A DNA stretch of 64,000 nucleotides from an uncultured Desulfarculus sp. (GCA_963665125.2 CAXXUK010000001.1:320001-384000), one strand, 5' to 3'; shown: positions 28,759 through 38,292, counted from the first letter of the stretch. The notes: generated by a model from the sequence alone, not told the origin. A program made the numbers and translations.

Positions 28759-29943
28759 ATGAACGGCAAGCCGCAAAAGACGGGTAATGATGATATTTCT
28801 TCGGATAAAGATAAATTACTCAAAGAGATCAGCGAACTTGAGGAGCAGAACCAACTACTAAAAGCGGAAATAACCCAACTGGAGTCATTCCAACTGGAAT
28901 GTGACCGGGAAGCCACCCACCTGCGAAATCTCGCCGAGTTGTCCCGTGACATGGGCATATACCGCCTGCGTGCGGATATCGACAATCCCGAACGGGGCCG
29001 TGTTTTATACATGAGCCCGGCCGCCAAACGGATCTTGGGCGTACCAAACCCCATGGACCACAATTCATGGTTCGCCTATTGCCATCCCGATGACCAAAAA
29101 CTTGGCCTTGAACGGCAAATGGAAGCCTTGCGCACAGGCGTCTTCCGGCTGGACGCCAGGCTGTTTCAAAACGAGGACGGCTCTTGGCGCTGGGTGAGGA
29201 TGTATGCCTTTGCCACGCCCAATGAAAAGAATGAAAAGGATGTTTTCAACGGGTTTGTCTGGGACGTGACCGCCGAAAAACGGGCCCGGCAGGAAGCCGA
29301 GCAAAAAAGCAAACGTTTGCGCAGGCTTTCGTATCAGCTCTTTCAGGAAGAAGAGCGACAGCGGAAAAACATTGCCGGAGTACTTCATGACAAGATAGGC
29401 CAGAGCCTGAGTCTGCTGCGTTTTTCCCTGGCCCGGGAGGCCAAGACGGAGACGCAAGGTTCGGCCCTGCATCAATGCCTGACAATCCTTGACCAGATAA
29501 TCGCGGAAACCCGCACGCTTACCACGGAATTGTACCCGAATATCCTGCGCCAGGCAGGTTTGGTGGAGGCTTTGCGCTGGTTGTGTTCCATGGGCCACGA
29601 AGTCATGGGCATTGATATCCAATTCGACACCAACTCAGAGCACAAAGACCTGGACAACGATATCGCCATATTCCTGTACCGTACCGCGTCCGAGCTATTG
29701 ACCAACTGCATGAAACATTCCGGGGCCGCGCGTGTTTCACTGTCGCTTTTTGAGGGCCGGGAAGGCCTGTGCATGAAGATGTCAGATAACGGCCGGGGCT
29801 TTGTCTATAACGACGAAAAGGCAAATCCAGGCGGGTTTGGCCTGTTCAGCATCAGGGAAAAGCTGATTTATCTTGAAGGCCGTTTGGATATTGAAACAGC
29901 ACCTGGCGCCGGCACTGAAATAACTGTCTCTGTCCCTTATTAG
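28759..29943 (+). CDS. Soluble PAS-domain HisKA_3 sensor kinase 1
   Basis: Coiled coil, PAS (CHPDD, WRWV, WDVT), EEERQRKNIAGVLHDKIGQ, N-box TNCMKHS, DNGRGF and GFGL; no TM segment. Confidence 0.93.
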   Translation: MNGKPQKTGNDDISSDKDKLLKEISELEEQNQLLKAEITQLESFQLECDREATHLRNLAELSRDMGIYRLRADIDNPERGRVLYMSPAAKRILGVPNPMDHNSWFAYCHPDDQKLGLERQMEALRTGVFRLDARLFQNEDGSWRWVRMYAFATPNEKNEKDVFNGFVWDVTAEKRARQEAEQKSKRLRRLSYQLFQEEERQRKNIAGVLHDKIGQSLSLLRFSLAREAKTETQGSALHQCLTILDQIIAETRTLTTELYPNILRQAGLVEALRWLCSMGHEVMGIDIQFDTNSEHKDLDNDIAIFLYRTASELLTNCMKHSGAARVSLSLFEGREGLCMKMSDNGRGFVYNDEKANPGGFGLFSIREKLIYLEGRLDIETAPGAGTEITVSVPY

Positions 29944-29967
29944 GGACGGCTGGGTTGTAGTGGGTTG

Positions 29968-31143
29968 ATGGTCAAAATAATCTCCGACGAAAAAGACGGC
30001 CAAACGGTAGAGGATTTGGCTGCCAGACTAGGGGCTTTGACGGCGGAAAGAGAGCTTCTGCGGGCCGAAGTCGCCCAACTGGAGACCTTCCAAAAACAGT
30101 GCGACATCGAGGCGGACCACCTGCGCGATCTTTTCAACAATTCCGAAGACGTGGGCGTGTACCGCCTGCGCACCAATCCGGATGACCCGGAACATGCCCG
30201 TCTTGTGTATATCAACAAGGCGGGCAGGAGGCTGTTGGGGCTCTCTGAAACGGATAATTATGAGAGTTGGTTTTCAAGGTTGCATCCGGATGACATCCAG
30301 AAAGGCCTTGAAATGCAGGCCGAGGCATTGGAAACAGGCGTTTTCAATGCCGCTTTGCGTATATTCCAAGAAAAAGACAATAGTTGGCGCTGGATGAGGC
30401 ATTACTCATTTGCCGTCGACAATGAAAGACACGAGAAAGAACAATTTAACGGGTTCCTTTGGGACGTAACCGATGAAGTGCAGGCCCGGTCGGAGGCCGA
30501 CCGCCAAGGCGATCGTCTGCGCAGGCTGTCTTACCGGCTGTATCAGGAAGAAGAGCGGCAGTGGCAATCCATTGCAGGCGCCATGCACGACAAGGTCGGT
30601 CAGAGCCTGAGCCTGCTTCGTTTTATTTTGGTTCGTGAGGGCAAGACCTCGCCTGGGGATAGCGCACTGACGCAACGCCTGGAACTGGTTGACCAGGTAA
30701 TCAAAGAGACCCGCGCACTGACCGCCGGGATCTACCCAAACTCCCTGCATGAGGCCGGGCTTGTCAAAACGCTGGAATGGCTGTGTTGCAGAGGACCTGA
30801 TTTTTCGGGGCTTGATATCCGGTTTGAAGCTGATGTCGGGCATCTGGACCTCGATAAAGATATGGCCATTTTTTTGTATCGGGCCGCAATGGAACTGCTG
30901 AACAACAGCAAAAAAAACTCCGGAGCCAGGCAGGTTTGTCTATCGCTTTTTGAGAATAACGAGGGTCTTTGCCTGCGGGTGACAGACGACGGTCTGGGCT
31001 TCGCATATGGTGGCGATCAGGATGACATGGCCGGTTTTGGGTTGTTCAGCATCAGGGAAAAACTGAGGTATTTTGACGGCAGCCTGGATGTCGTCAGCTC
31101 CCCGGGAAACGGTGCCGATATTACAATAACTTTGCCTTTGTGA
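29968..31143 (+). CDS. Soluble PAS-domain HisKA_3 sensor kinase 2 (paralog of kinase 1)
   Basis: LHPDD, IAGAMHDKVGQSLSLLRF, DDGLGF and GFGLFSIRE motifs. Confidence 0.92.
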   Translation: MVKIISDEKDGQTVEDLAARLGALTAERELLRAEVAQLETFQKQCDIEADHLRDLFNNSEDVGVYRLRTNPDDPEHARLVYINKAGRRLLGLSETDNYESWFSRLHPDDIQKGLEMQAEALETGVFNAALRIFQEKDNSWRWMRHYSFAVDNERHEKEQFNGFLWDVTDEVQARSEADRQGDRLRRLSYRLYQEEERQWQSIAGAMHDKVGQSLSLLRFILVREGKTSPGDSALTQRLELVDQVIKETRALTAGIYPNSLHEAGLVKTLEWLCCRGPDFSGLDIRFEADVGHLDLDKDMAIFLYRAAMELLNNSKKNSGARQVCLSLFENNEGLCLRVTDDGLGFAYGGDQDDMAGFGLFSIREKLRYFDGSLDVVSSPGNGADITITLPL

Positions 31144-31164
31144 GCCAGGGATGGGGGGATACTG

Positions 31165-32319
31165 GTGCCGGACAACAACCAGTTGCACATACAAATCAAG
31201 GCCGCCGAAGAAACAATCGCCAAATTGCGGGCTGAGATCAGCCAACTCAACTATGAGGTTGAGCAGGTCCGCTATGAATTGGATCTTTACAAGAACCACT
31301 TCAAGGAATCCGAATCTTTTGCCACCTACAAGCTGCGTGTCTATCCGAACAGCACCCAGTATGACGTCCTGTTTGTCAGTCCGTCATTTTCCAGCATTGT
31401 CGACTGCCAAGATCCCATGGATCACCAGTCCTGGTTTGAAAACATTCATCCCGATGACATAGCCGAGGCCTTGGCCCGCCAGGAGGATGCGCCGCAAAAA
31501 AACCAGTTCAACATGAAGGTCCGCATGTTCAGCAACCGGCTGCAGGAATGGCGCTGGCTGCATTTTGTGGGCAACGGGGTTCGGGCCGAGGACGGCCATC
31601 CGTATTTCGTCAACGGCATTGTCATGGACATCACTGAACAAAAGCGGGCGGAAAACGCCATGCTGGCCTACCAGCAGCGGCTGCAATCCTTGACGCGGCA
31701 ACTTTTCCTGGCCGAGGAGCGCGAGCGCACCCGCATAGCCGGTTTGCTCCATGACGGAGTGGGGCAGGACCTTTCCCTGGCCATTTTCAAGCTGGGCCGC
31801 CTGGCATCCGGCAAGGATGCCGATCCAGAGGCAATCAGGGAAATCAGGGATATTGTGGACCAGGCCATCAGCGACACCCGCAACCTGGTTTCAGAACTCT
31901 GCCCGCCGGCCCTTTGTCAGATGGGCCTTGGCTCCGGCCTGCGCTGGCTGGCCCACAAAACACAGCGGGAATTCGGCTTCAGGGTGGAAATGAATATCGA
32001 CCCGGACCTTGGCTCACTGACCAGGGAGGAAGAGTCCGCCCTGTATCGTATGGCCGCCGAATTGCTCCACAACGTGGGCAAACATGCCGGGGCGTCTTTG
32101 GTGGTGGTGGATTTGTCCGCCGCGCAACGGGGGGCATTGCTGACGGTAAGTGATGACGGCTGCGGTTTCAAGGACAAGCCGGAGGTATACCCGGTGTCAG
32201 GCAAATTTGGTCTGTTTAGCATCGAGGAACGGCTACGAGGTATTGGTGGTTGGATCAAAAAAAGCCCATCAAGTATCGGCGGAGCAGAGGTGCGCATATT
32301 TGTTTCACTTGTGGAATAA
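31165..32319 (+). CDS. Soluble PAS-domain HisKA_3 sensor kinase 3
   Basis: IHPDD, MDITEQKRAE, EERERTRIAGLLHDGVGQ, HNVGKHA and DDGCGF motifs. Confidence 0.93.
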   Translation: MPDNNQLHIQIKAAEETIAKLRAEISQLNYEVEQVRYELDLYKNHFKESESFATYKLRVYPNSTQYDVLFVSPSFSSIVDCQDPMDHQSWFENIHPDDIAEALARQEDAPQKNQFNMKVRMFSNRLQEWRWLHFVGNGVRAEDGHPYFVNGIVMDITEQKRAENAMLAYQQRLQSLTRQLFLAEERERTRIAGLLHDGVGQDLSLAIFKLGRLASGKDADPEAIREIRDIVDQAISDTRNLVSELCPPALCQMGLGSGLRWLAHKTQREFGFRVEMNIDPDLGSLTREEESALYRMAAELLHNVGKHAGASLVVVDLSAAQRGALLTVSDDGCGFKDKPEVYPVSGKFGLFSIEERLRGIGGWIKKSPSSIGGAEVRIFVSLVE

Positions 32320-32576
32320 TAATGTGACGATATTGAAAATATATAATAACTTACAATAGATAATATTGTGACTATTGTTCGCTAATTGTGCCGATGTAAA
32401 AAAATTACTTGAAAAAATCTGGGCGCGGGCATCCGCCATACATCTTTTTAAATTGAATAAATGGTTGATAATATTTGGATAAAGTGTGACCTAATACTTT
32501 ATTCTTAGTACCTTTTTCATGCCCCCGTACCAATCAAAATCAGTCCATGGCCTGATTGTCACTTTTTTAACAATGT

Positions 32577-33863
32577 GAGAGTGCTGCGCAATTAAGTGAT
32601 TTGTATTTTGGGCAGTTTTGACGAGGAAAATGACACGGCGGGCTATTTTGCAGGCTTTTGTTTCATCAATAATCGCCCCAGAAAGTCATCAATGATGGCC
32701 GCGTGTGGGTCGCCCCAGGCCTTATTATCGTCCTCCCGCCATCATCCGGGCGGCCTTTTTGAGGTTGTAGGCCATTGCATCCATGAGCAATTGCATTCCC
32801 ATTTTCGCCGCGCCCAGGTATCTGGCCCGCGCCAGGCGATAATCCTTTTTCAGTGTCCCAAAAGCCCGTTCCACCGAGCCCCGGCCACTACTGATGGCCC
32901 GGTTATCCATCCTTTCCGCATTGCACAATGGCCGGTTTCGGGCCGCCTTGTACATAATAAGGTCAAATAATCCGCTATTTGCAAGGGCGCTGCGGTTCTC
33001 CCGGCTGCTGTAGCCCTTGTCCGCCATGACCGGCGCACCCTGCTCCAAATCACATTGCGCGACCACTGCCATCATTTCCTTGCAGTCTGCCCGATTGGCC
33101 GGGGTGGCGTGGCCCGCCATGATGAATCCGTGCTCCCCGTCCACGGCCATATGCACCTTATAGCCGTACCAAGCCCGCTTGCCCTTTCTGGTCCACGTCG
33201 CCTCCACCTCACCGGAATAACTGGTCTTTACGTCATGGCCGCCTGTATCTGGCTCCTCATCGTCTTCCTGGCGGTCCACGGGGATCACCTCCTGTTGTTT
33301 GCGGGGACGGCGGGCGCTCTCGACAATGCTGGCGTCGATGATGACACCGGCCTTGATTTCCAAACCACCCGCCGCGATCTGGTCGTTGATCGTATCCAGC
33401 AGGGGTTTGGCCAGGCCTTTTTCATGTAACTGGTTGCGGAAACGGCAGATTGTGGAATTGTCGGGCACCTCGTTGTCCAGGGAGAAGCCGCAAAAGTGGC
33501 TGAAGGAAATGCGGTCTTCCAGGTTTTCCGAAAGCTCCCGGTCCGAAAGGCCATACCAGGATTGCAATAGTAGAGCCTTGAACATGCTCAGGGCGGGGTA
33601 GCTGGGATTGCCCACGGCGTCCGGCTTACGGCGAAGCTTTTTCTTGAGCAGCTTTTCGATGGGCCGCCAGTCGACCAATTCGTCGATCTTTTCAGGTGTG
33701 GTCTTGTTCCTTTTGCGCCGCGCCGCCGCCATATCGGCGAAACCGCCTTTTTTGTCGAATCGATTGGCCACCAATGCCTCCAAACCGTGCCTTTGGAGTA
33801 TTTTAACTAATAATCACATACGTTTAAATTAAATTGTCAGGCAATTTGCCGTGCAGCACTCTC
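32577..33863 (-). mobile_element. IS5-family insertion sequence (1287 bp)
   Basis: Terminal inverted repeats GAGAGTGCTGC (32577-32587) and GCAGCACTCTC (33853-33863) flank a single transposase gene; no target duplication seen. Confidence 0.88.
32725..33771 (-). CDS. IS5-family DDE transposase
   Basis: MFKALLLQSWYGLSD, PDNSTICRFR, IIDAS, YGYKVH, ADKGY and RGSVERAFGTLK motifs; GTG start at 33771 follows GGAGG. Confidence 0.93.
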   Translation of the reverse strand: MANRFDKKGGFADMAAARRKRNKTTPEKIDELVDWRPIEKLLKKKLRRKPDAVGNPSYPALSMFKALLLQSWYGLSDRELSENLEDRISFSHFCGFSLDNEVPDNSTICRFRNQLHEKGLAKPLLDTINDQIAAGGLEIKAGVIIDASIVESARRPRKQQEVIPVDRQEDDEEPDTGGHDVKTSYSGEVEATWTRKGKRAWYGYKVHMAVDGEHGFIMAGHATPANRADCKEMMAVVAQCDLEQGAPVMADKGYSSRENRSALANSGLFDLIMYKAARNRPLCNAERMDNRAISSGRGSVERAFGTLKKDYRLARARYLGAAKMGMQLLMDAMAYNLKKAARMMAGGR

Positions 33864-33979
33864 TTATAGCTAGTCGCTAGTATAGCATGGCTTTCTGGGG
33901 TGCGTCATGCCTTATGAGGATAGGCCAATCCGCTGATATTAATTGTGCTTCAAGAATTTAAAATTGATTACGAATTATA

Positions 33980-34657
33980 TTAAGTTAGACGTTTTGCTAG
34001 TCGCGCCCTCACTCCAAAATACGGTGCAAACGAGCATTTTTTACGCAAGCGGGCAGCCGTGTACATCATCTCAGTACAAATACGCTTCCATCCGAGTCTA
34101 GTTTCATCAATTGAATCCCAGTAACATTTTATTTCTTCCACCCAAAAGTCATTGGCTCTCAGGAGTGAACAGAGATCCACAATGGAATGGTTGCGGATAT
34201 AATCTTCAGACCAAGTCTTTTTTCTCAAGCGAGAAAAAAACGTGTCTATTTTGTCCGGGGCGCGGGCTGAAATAATCAGCTTGCCACCGGGTTTAAGCAA
34301 ACGGACGATCTCGGCCAAGTGATCAGAGGGATTGTCCACCCAGTTGATGACCATGGTGGATATCACTGTATCGAATGAATGATCCGAAAACTCAGTACCG
34401 CATGTGTCGCAGTGCATGAACTGCAGTGATGGATATTCACTTTTCGCCCAGCGAACCCTTTCTTCTTGGGGATCCACGCCAACGATGGAATCAAAGCGTG
34501 ACGACAAGCGGTAGGTAACGTCACCGAAACCACAGCCGTAGTCAAGTGCACTGCCCGAGCATGTTTCGGCAAGTTCGTTGACCATTTTATAACGGCGAAC
34601 CTGATGCACGGTCGGAATGCCGTTGATCATATATTTTGAATAACTATCCATCTTCAT
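33980..34657 (-). CDS. Class I SAM-dependent methyltransferase
   Basis: ALDYGCGFG, VGVD, FSDHSFDTV and RLLKPGG motifs. Confidence 0.9.
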   Translation of the reverse strand: MKMDSYSKYMINGIPTVHQVRRYKMVNELAETCSGSALDYGCGFGDVTYRLSSRFDSIVGVDPQEERVRWAKSEYPSLQFMHCDTCGTEFSDHSFDTVISTMVINWVDNPSDHLAEIVRLLKPGGKLIISARAPDKIDTFFSRLRKKTWSEDYIRNHSIVDLCSLLRANDFWVEEIKCYWDSIDETRLGWKRICTEMMYTAARLRKKCSFAPYFGVRARLAKRLT

Positions 34658-34712
34658 TTAATAAGCTTTTTAAACCAAGTCAACGGTTCGACGGTTTTGC
34701 GCCGCCGTTTTA

Positions 34713-35795
34713 TTAGTAGTTATATGCACTTCTGCCCTTTGAAAGCATGAACATGAAATCTAAAAAGTGGCTCAACAAGTCAGGGAGCAATTGGTTGCCC
34801 ATCTCATTGATCATTAACAAGACCGCGTCCATTGGTTTGAGGGCTGGCTTGTAACACCGCTCAGAGGTTATGGCATCGTAGGCATCTACTATGCGAACTA
34901 TTGAAGCGAGGTAAGATATCTCTTCTCCAACCAGGCCATTGGGATATCCGCTGCCGTCCTGGTTCTCGTGATGTTGCAGGGCTATTTCCAAGGCGGCCGC
35001 AGGAAGTGTCCGCTGCTCGGCAAGTATTTGGTAGCTGTGAATGGGATGCGTGCGTATCTCGGCCCACTCCATCGAATCAAGGCCGCTTGGCTTGGAAAGG
35101 ATATTCGGATTAATATATTTCTTGCCTATATCGTGGTACAGGGCACCTGCGGACAGGGCCACGGCCTGTTTGTCTTCAAGCTTGAGGAACGCGCCAAACG
35201 CCGTGCACAACACGCAGACATTAACTGAGTGGTTATACAAGTCGTAATCAATCGTCAAAAGATCAGGGAGCTTGTAGATCAAAACCGGATTTTGCCGCAC
35301 GACATTGGCGAAGGTTCGAGAGTATTCAAGGCCATAACGCAGTGTTTCGACGATATCGCCGTCTTCCATGGCCGAGCGAATGAGCAGCATGGCGTTATCG
35401 TAGACAGCCTCGCATTTTTGTTCCACGCTAGGGGAAGGGTGCTGCAGTATTTGCAAGGTGCGTCCGGCCACATAATCCAAAAGCGGCTTGCGGTATTTGC
35501 GTTCCGCGAAAAATTCGTTCATGCCCAGGTTGTGCATCTTCAGCAAGTAGGCGGAGTTTGGCTTTGTTCCTTCCTTTAAAACCTTGATTAGGCGGACGCT
35601 GGCGTCTTTACCGGTAAAAGGCATGTACAAATCAAGAGGCAGCAGCCTGTCCGAATCGATTACACGGTTGGCAACGGGAACCATATCGCGAGTGGCATTG
35701 TTGAAAGCCGCCTTGTCAACGGACACCGCACGCAGGTCGCCTATGGAGCCATTATTTCCCGATGATTTAGACGTACGCCAGGCTTTGGTTGTCAC
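34713..35795 (-). CDS. HD-GYP domain protein (putative cyclic di-nucleotide phosphodiesterase)
   Basis: YNHSVNV, YHDIGK, QHHENQDGSGYP and DAYDAITSERCYK motifs. Confidence 0.92.
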   Translation of the reverse strand: MTTKAWRTSKSSGNNGSIGDLRAVSVDKAAFNNATRDMVPVANRVIDSDRLLPLDLYMPFTGKDASVRLIKVLKEGTKPNSAYLLKMHNLGMNEFFAERKYRKPLLDYVAGRTLQILQHPSPSVEQKCEAVYDNAMLLIRSAMEDGDIVETLRYGLEYSRTFANVVRQNPVLIYKLPDLLTIDYDLYNHSVNVCVLCTAFGAFLKLEDKQAVALSAGALYHDIGKKYINPNILSKPSGLDSMEWAEIRTHPIHSYQILAEQRTLPAAALEIALQHHENQDGSGYPNGLVGEEISYLASIVRIVDAYDAITSERCYKPALKPMDAVLLMINEMGNQLLPDLLSHFLDFMFMLSKGRSAYNY

Positions 35796-35913
35796 CGTAG
35801 CTCTCTATAACAGGGGGGCGGTCAGGAGCCGTGGTTATTGAAAAAATGATGTGAATCGGAGGTGTAAGTACGATTTAGCGATTTAGCATATGGGCATTCA
35901 ACAGCGGCGGCAA

Positions 35914-35929
35914 TACGGGGAAAGCCTGA
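35914..35929 (-). promoter_or_regulatory. Activator box 3 (TACGGGGAAAGCCTGA) upstream of the HD-GYP gene
   Basis: Same motif, with TATGCT -10 (35885-35890) at identical spacing. Confidence 0.6.
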
Positions 35930-36641
35930 TTTCCCCACGCAAGAAACCCTTATTGTGTTAGGTGTTTTGAATGAGGGTTTTTAATTGATTGATCACAGTT
36001 GGTAACAGATTGTGAAAAAAGCGCGGTTGGTTCGGCATGATGTAGGATTTGTCTTTATATAACTAGCAATTAAAAAAGGACTTATGGCTGGTTTTAAATG
36101 TGTCGATTGATGCGTGGATAAATTCCATCAACGTATGATTTATGCACAGAAAAACGGTTGACCAATGTGAACGGTGTTAACTTGGATGGTGCGGCATCCG
36201 GCTGAAAACCACGGAAAATGGTTTATAGTGGATGGAAACTATTTTGGTCGGTGGTTTTGCCCGCCGATGGGAGCCAGCCTGAAAAAATACCGACCCTGTC
36301 GGCCGGTCAGAGCCAAAAACGAAGGCGGGAATCGATTGCGGAGCCAATGCATTGGATCCTGCTGCAAAAGATTATTGGACCATGGTCCCGTTGGCTGCTT
36401 GGATGTTTGCTTGTTTGATTGGCGCGATTTGTTCGGGACCTTTTGGGGTGGCGTCCATGGTCGGAGATCAGGCTTCCCAGGCTGGCGGCGCAACGATACC
36501 AGCCCCCCTTGTGATATTGTCAAATCCCTGAAAATGGAAACTTCTTAACAGCCGCATGCCTTATATTCGTGCGTTCGGCCGCCTGACTTTTTTTGTGATG
36601 GATCTATTAACGAGAAAAAAAAGACTTGCTATTGAGAAAAA

Positions 36642-36660
36642 TAAGGGTAGACTAACAAAA
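36642..36660 (+). promoter_or_regulatory. DtxR/IdeR-like box overlapping the -10 element of the DUF2325 gene promoter
   Basis: TAAGGGTAGACTAACAAAA matches TTAGGTTAGCCTAACCTAA at 14/19 positions; TTGCTA-N16-TAGACT promoter. Confidence 0.5.
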
Positions 36661-36701
36661 AATTGACTCGCTAATAAGGGCGGCAGCGCGGGGGACGGCA
36701 A

Positions 36702-37874
36702 GTGATTGTCTCAACTAAAACACAGGCAGCAACAGAGCGGAAGACAGCCATCAAGGTGGATTCCCTGAAATGGCATCAGGATTGCCTGAGTGTGACGGTT
36801 CTGCTGGCTTCGTCCTTTGGGCCCAAGGCCATGCGCCGCCTGCTGAAACGCTCGGGTTATGACACGGAGTCCATGCAGGATGACCACGAATTGCTGTTGG
36901 CCGCCATGCACGAAGCCTGTCACCATGACCCGGAGATTCGGGCCATGGTGGCCAAAGAGCTGAACGCCAAATACAGGACCACGCTGGCCAAGTGTAAAAG
37001 CTTGGGTGTTGACGAAATCCGGTGCATGGCGATGGAAGGGCCGTGGCTGATTCCTTTCATGTGGGCGTGTTTCAGCCGTGATGAGGCGCCGGCTCATCGG
37101 CTGGGTCGGCGATTGGCCCATTTAGCCATTGCCCTTGGAATGTTGCAGCTCAAACAGGGCACCATGGGCGACGCCGCCGCTGAAAAGGTCGACAGGCTTA
37201 ACAAGAAAAACCAAGCCCTACGCCGTAAACTCGAAACTGAAGGCCGCGAAAACCAGCAGCTACGAGCCAAGCTCGACGGCATGGCAAAGCGTCCCGCCAT
37301 GATGGACACCCATGTCCAGACCGGCATTTCAGTCCTGCGCAAAGAGGTCAAGTCTTTGCGTAACCAATTGGACGCGCAAGGGGACGAACAGAAAAAGCTC
37401 CGAACGCAACTTGCCGTATGGCGCTCGTTGGCCCTTGCCAACGTGGGCAAAACGATACGGGATAATTCAGGATCGACCAGCGCACCAAACCGTTGTTGGG
37501 TCTGCTGCGGCGAGCCGGCTTCAGGGGAAATGGAGAACAGCCACGATTGCAACGTTTTTTTACGCTGTCCGTTGCAGGGCCGCAAAATCGGCATTGTCGG
37601 CGGTTTGAAGCGTTTGGAGCGGGGGTATTGCGAAGTGGTAAGGCGCCTGGGAGGCGAGTGCTTGTTTCATTCCGGTGAAATGAAATCCGGGGCTCAGGGC
37701 CTGCGGCAGCTTGTGGACAAATCGGATGTGGTAGTCTGCATCACTTCGGTCAACAGCCACGGGGCCATGAACACGGTGAAAAAACAGTGCAAACGCTGTC
37801 AAAAGCAATTCTGTCCCTTGAACGGGGCGGGAGTGAGTTCCTTGGAAAACTTGCTATTGGCAATGGCCGGCTGA
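36702..37874 (+). CDS. Coiled-coil protein with Cys-rich linker and C-terminal DUF2325 domain
   Basis: C-terminus KIGIVGG...DVVVCITSVNSHGAMNTVKKQCK; family often found near feo genes. Confidence 0.8.
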   Translation: MIVSTKTQAATERKTAIKVDSLKWHQDCLSVTVLLASSFGPKAMRRLLKRSGYDTESMQDDHELLLAAMHEACHHDPEIRAMVAKELNAKYRTTLAKCKSLGVDEIRCMAMEGPWLIPFMWACFSRDEAPAHRLGRRLAHLAIALGMLQLKQGTMGDAAAEKVDRLNKKNQALRRKLETEGRENQQLRAKLDGMAKRPAMMDTHVQTGISVLRKEVKSLRNQLDAQGDEQKKLRTQLAVWRSLALANVGKTIRDNSGSTSAPNRCWVCCGEPASGEMENSHDCNVFLRCPLQGRKIGIVGGLKRLERGYCEVVRRLGGECLFHSGEMKSGAQGLRQLVDKSDVVVCITSVNSHGAMNTVKKQCKRCQKQFCPLNGAGVSSLENLLLAMAG

Positions 37875-37886
37875 AAGGGGGCGCCA

Positions 37887-38045
37887 ATGAGGGCTCGCGG
37901 AATAAAAGAAATTGTAATGGGGGAGGCACTGTTCTTCCCCCGGGTAAGCCATGAAGGTGGGCGGTTTGTCGTAGCCATACCCATGATAATTAGGCCGGAC
38001 AGGCCGGCATGGCTGGGCCTGCAAAATCAAACTCACCAGGGTTGA
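37887..38045 (+). CDS. Small hypothetical protein (52 aa)
   Basis: AAGGGGG RBS; MRARGIKEIVMGEALFFPRVSHEGGRFVVAIPMIIRPDRPAWLGLQNQTHQG; fills the gap between neighbouring genes. Confidence 0.45.
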   Translation: MRARGIKEIVMGEALFFPRVSHEGGRFVVAIPMIIRPDRPAWLGLQNQTHQG

Positions 38046-38066
38046 TGCTAAATTTGGAGGAGTAAC

Positions 38067-38219
38067 ATGTCTTGTCAAAACCACGAAAAATTAGAACACG
38101 CAGACTCGAAAAACGCCAAACAGCAACATTGCCATTGCAATGGCCGCTGCCATGACTGCAAATGCCGACAGGGGCTTTCAAACGCAGGCGAGACCAAAGC
38201 CGTATCTGAAGAGGCCTAA
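38067..38219 (+). CDS. Small Cys/His-rich protein (50 aa)
   Basis: Strong GGAGGAG RBS; MSCQNHEKLEHADSKNAKQQHCHCNGRCHDCKCRQGLSNAGETKAVSEEA. Confidence 0.7.
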   Translation: MSCQNHEKLEHADSKNAKQQHCHCNGRCHDCKCRQGLSNAGETKAVSEEA

Positions 38220-38292
38220 TCTTGCCTCTCTTAAAGGCGGGCTGCTTCTTTGTCAGGGTGCAAAAAAACAAAAGTTAGATAAACAAAACAAA

